The position numbers and the translations under genes were made by a program. DNA of 6,291 bases from a virus, in IMG/VR virus record IMGVR_UViG_3300020026_000020, positions 1-6,291 of that record. One strand, 5' to 3'. The notes beneath the pieces were generated by a model. That model worked only from the letters and a program-made list of their open reading frames with translations, made no database searches and was not told where the DNA came from. Positions 5,335 through 6,291 of the stretch are shown here, piece after piece. How positions within the stretch are numbered: position 1 is the stretch's first letter; every line of letters begins with the position of its first letter.

Positions 5335-6291
5335 CTAAGAAAAAATACCAAACAAATCATTAGCCTTCTTGTGCTTGACCTTATCCCGACATTTCATCAA
5401 TGAAGCGGCAGCCAAACGACGAACAAGAGGTAATTCATGGTAAGGTTTTTCCTTATTATCAGGAGGCCTGTTATAACGGAAGGAATAGTTACGAAGCTCA
5501 AAGTCTACCAAATCCTTGTCATTGGCATCTTCCAAGGTTTGATAGAAATCTACAAGACGGTTGTAATCATAACGATTCCAAAAATTAACTATCTTCTCGG
5601 AGATAATACACAAGAACCTGTCTCGTCCAAAGAGTTCTCCTCCAGGAGTGCCGCTGGACCAGAAGAGTTCTGAACATCCGTCTGTTGAATATGTCCAAAC
5701 AAATTTCGCAATTCTGAGAAAAAAGCGGTATACGCGGGAGAGACGATGAGTAAATTCCAAATCAACACCATCGTACAAACGACATTCAGAAAGAATGAGA
5801 ATATCACTATACGGTAAACGGTCTTTAGGTGCAAAAATATTTTGCTCGTCATTTCTTTTTCCATAATTATCTATATAATTTAAATACTGTTTACAAAAAG
5901 ACAAAATACTCTGTTTAGATGGAGCATGCTCGTTAAAAGGGTCACAAGTTAAATCTGCACATCCGCTACGAATGACTCGCCCGGGCGCAGTGAACGCAGA
6001 ATGTAATAATTGGTAAACACTCGATGGAAGTTTACGAATAGGGTCCGAAAATCGGGGGAATAATCGAAGGAGATACGGCCAAGTAGGTTTAATTGTACGA
6101 AAACGTTCATTGCACTTAACGCGGACTCCATCAAGGCACTTATCGGTAACCTTATCAATTTCGGCAATTCGTACCTTTCGAGGAAAGAGATTTGATTCTG
6201 TAAATCCAATGGAATGGAAGGATTTAGGTCGCACCACTTTTGGCATTTGAGTATAAAAGTCGGGTAAAGCGACAAAACTATTAACATACGA
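5335..6291 (-). CDS. VP4: VP4, C-terminal part. This is tracked ORF 5335..6246 plus an in-frame open extension to the right window edge. 6180..6291 duplicates 1..112.
   Basis: The frame stays open from 6246 up to 6291 (15 codons, ...APYVASYVNSFVALPDFYTQ-MPKVV). Stop TAG at 5337..5335. The junction reads ...NLFP|RKVRIAEIDKV, matching the tracked protein. Confidence 0.9.
   Translation of the reverse strand, partial: SYVNSFVALPDFYTQMPKVVRPKSFHSIGFTESNLFPRKVRIAEIDKVTDKCLDGVRVKCNERFRTIKPTWPYLLRLFPRFSDPIRKLPSSVYQLLHSAFTAPGRVIRSGCADLTCDPFNEHAPSKQSILSFCKQYLNYIDNYGKRNDEQNIFAPKDRLPYSDILILSECRLYDGVDLEFTHRLSRVYRFFLRIAKFVWTYSTDGCSELFWSSGTPGGELFGRDRFLCIISEKIVNFWNRYDYNRLVDFYQTLEDANDKDLVDFELRNYSFRYNRPPDNKEKPYHELPLVRRLAAASLMKCRDKVKHKKANDLFGIFS
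6180..6291. repeat. Terminal direct repeat, right copy (identical to 1..112).
   Basis: Same comparison as the left copy. The offset is 6179 nt. Confidence 0.95.

Noticed and set aside
380-5673. All plus-strand ORFs in the track (380..703, 877..1143, 2313..2516, 2592..2927, 3610..3885, 4138..4347, 4277..4537, 4630..4863, 5400..5588, 5437..5673).
   Set aside because: Each lies antisense inside a well-supported minus-strand gene. Their K/R/S/I/N-rich, low-information compositions are typical of the A-rich non-coding strand, and microvirus genes are all encoded on one strand.
481-5864. Minus-strand alternative-frame ORFs 481..792, 1901..2086, 2444..2677, 3591..3782, 5025..5243 and 5589..5864 as overlapping genes.
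   Set aside because: All are in the +1 frame of the host gene and are dominated by L/F/I/V runs (for example LLLLLMLLASFLLW). This is the expected artefact of T-rich third codon positions suppressing +1-frame stops. Only the longest, junction-spanning one is kept, as a low-interest finding.
5335-6246. Tracked ORF treated as a stand-alone 303-aa gene starting at ATG 6246.
   Set aside because: The frame is open upstream to the window edge. Through the 112-nt terminal identity it is continuous and in phase with the open frame 850..1, which carries the Rep catalytic motifs. Met 6246 is internal residue 262 of VP4.
1-6291. CRISPR array, rRNA, integrase, transposase or toxin-antitoxin content.
   Set aside because: There are no spaced direct repeats, and no ORF shows recombinase, transposase or toxin-antitoxin features. 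The coding capacity is fully accounted for by microvirus core genes plus three small ORFs.

Overview
The window is one complete circular Microviridae (ssDNA phage) genome, linearised with a 112-nt terminal overlap. Positions 1..112 are identical to 6180..6291, so the unit length is 6179 nt. All genes lie on the window's minus strand, so the minus strand is the T-rich viral/mRNA-sense strand. Read 5'->3' on that strand, the order is: candidate promoter (~1485..1453), two small ORFs, an M15-family peptidase, the HUH replication initiator VP4, major capsid VP1, a 160-aa acidic VP3-like protein, the VP2 pilot protein, and an intrinsic terminator (1857..1825). The ORF track does not show that VP4 crosses the linearisation point. 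Its first 261 codons lie in an open frame at 850..68, which has no stop inside the window and so was not called. The tracked 303-aa ORF 5335..6246 is only the C-terminal half of a 564-aa protein. VP1 features (FTAKVGELLP, 619 aa), the absence of Shine-Dalgarno sequences and a TTTG/TAnnTTTG promoter-like element suggest an Alpavirinae-like phage with a Bacteroidota host; this is inference. Three things deserve a second look. First, a ~370-nt ORF-free, ATG-free, GC-enriched, hairpin- and palindrome-dense island (1508..1880) in an otherwise tightly packed genome. Second, a small membrane protein plus M15 peptidase module, a possible holin/endolysin-style lysis cassette, which is atypical for microviruses. 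Third, a 176-aa +1-frame ORF overprinted on VP4 that appears only after circularisation. I found no CRISPR array, tRNA, rRNA or transposase.
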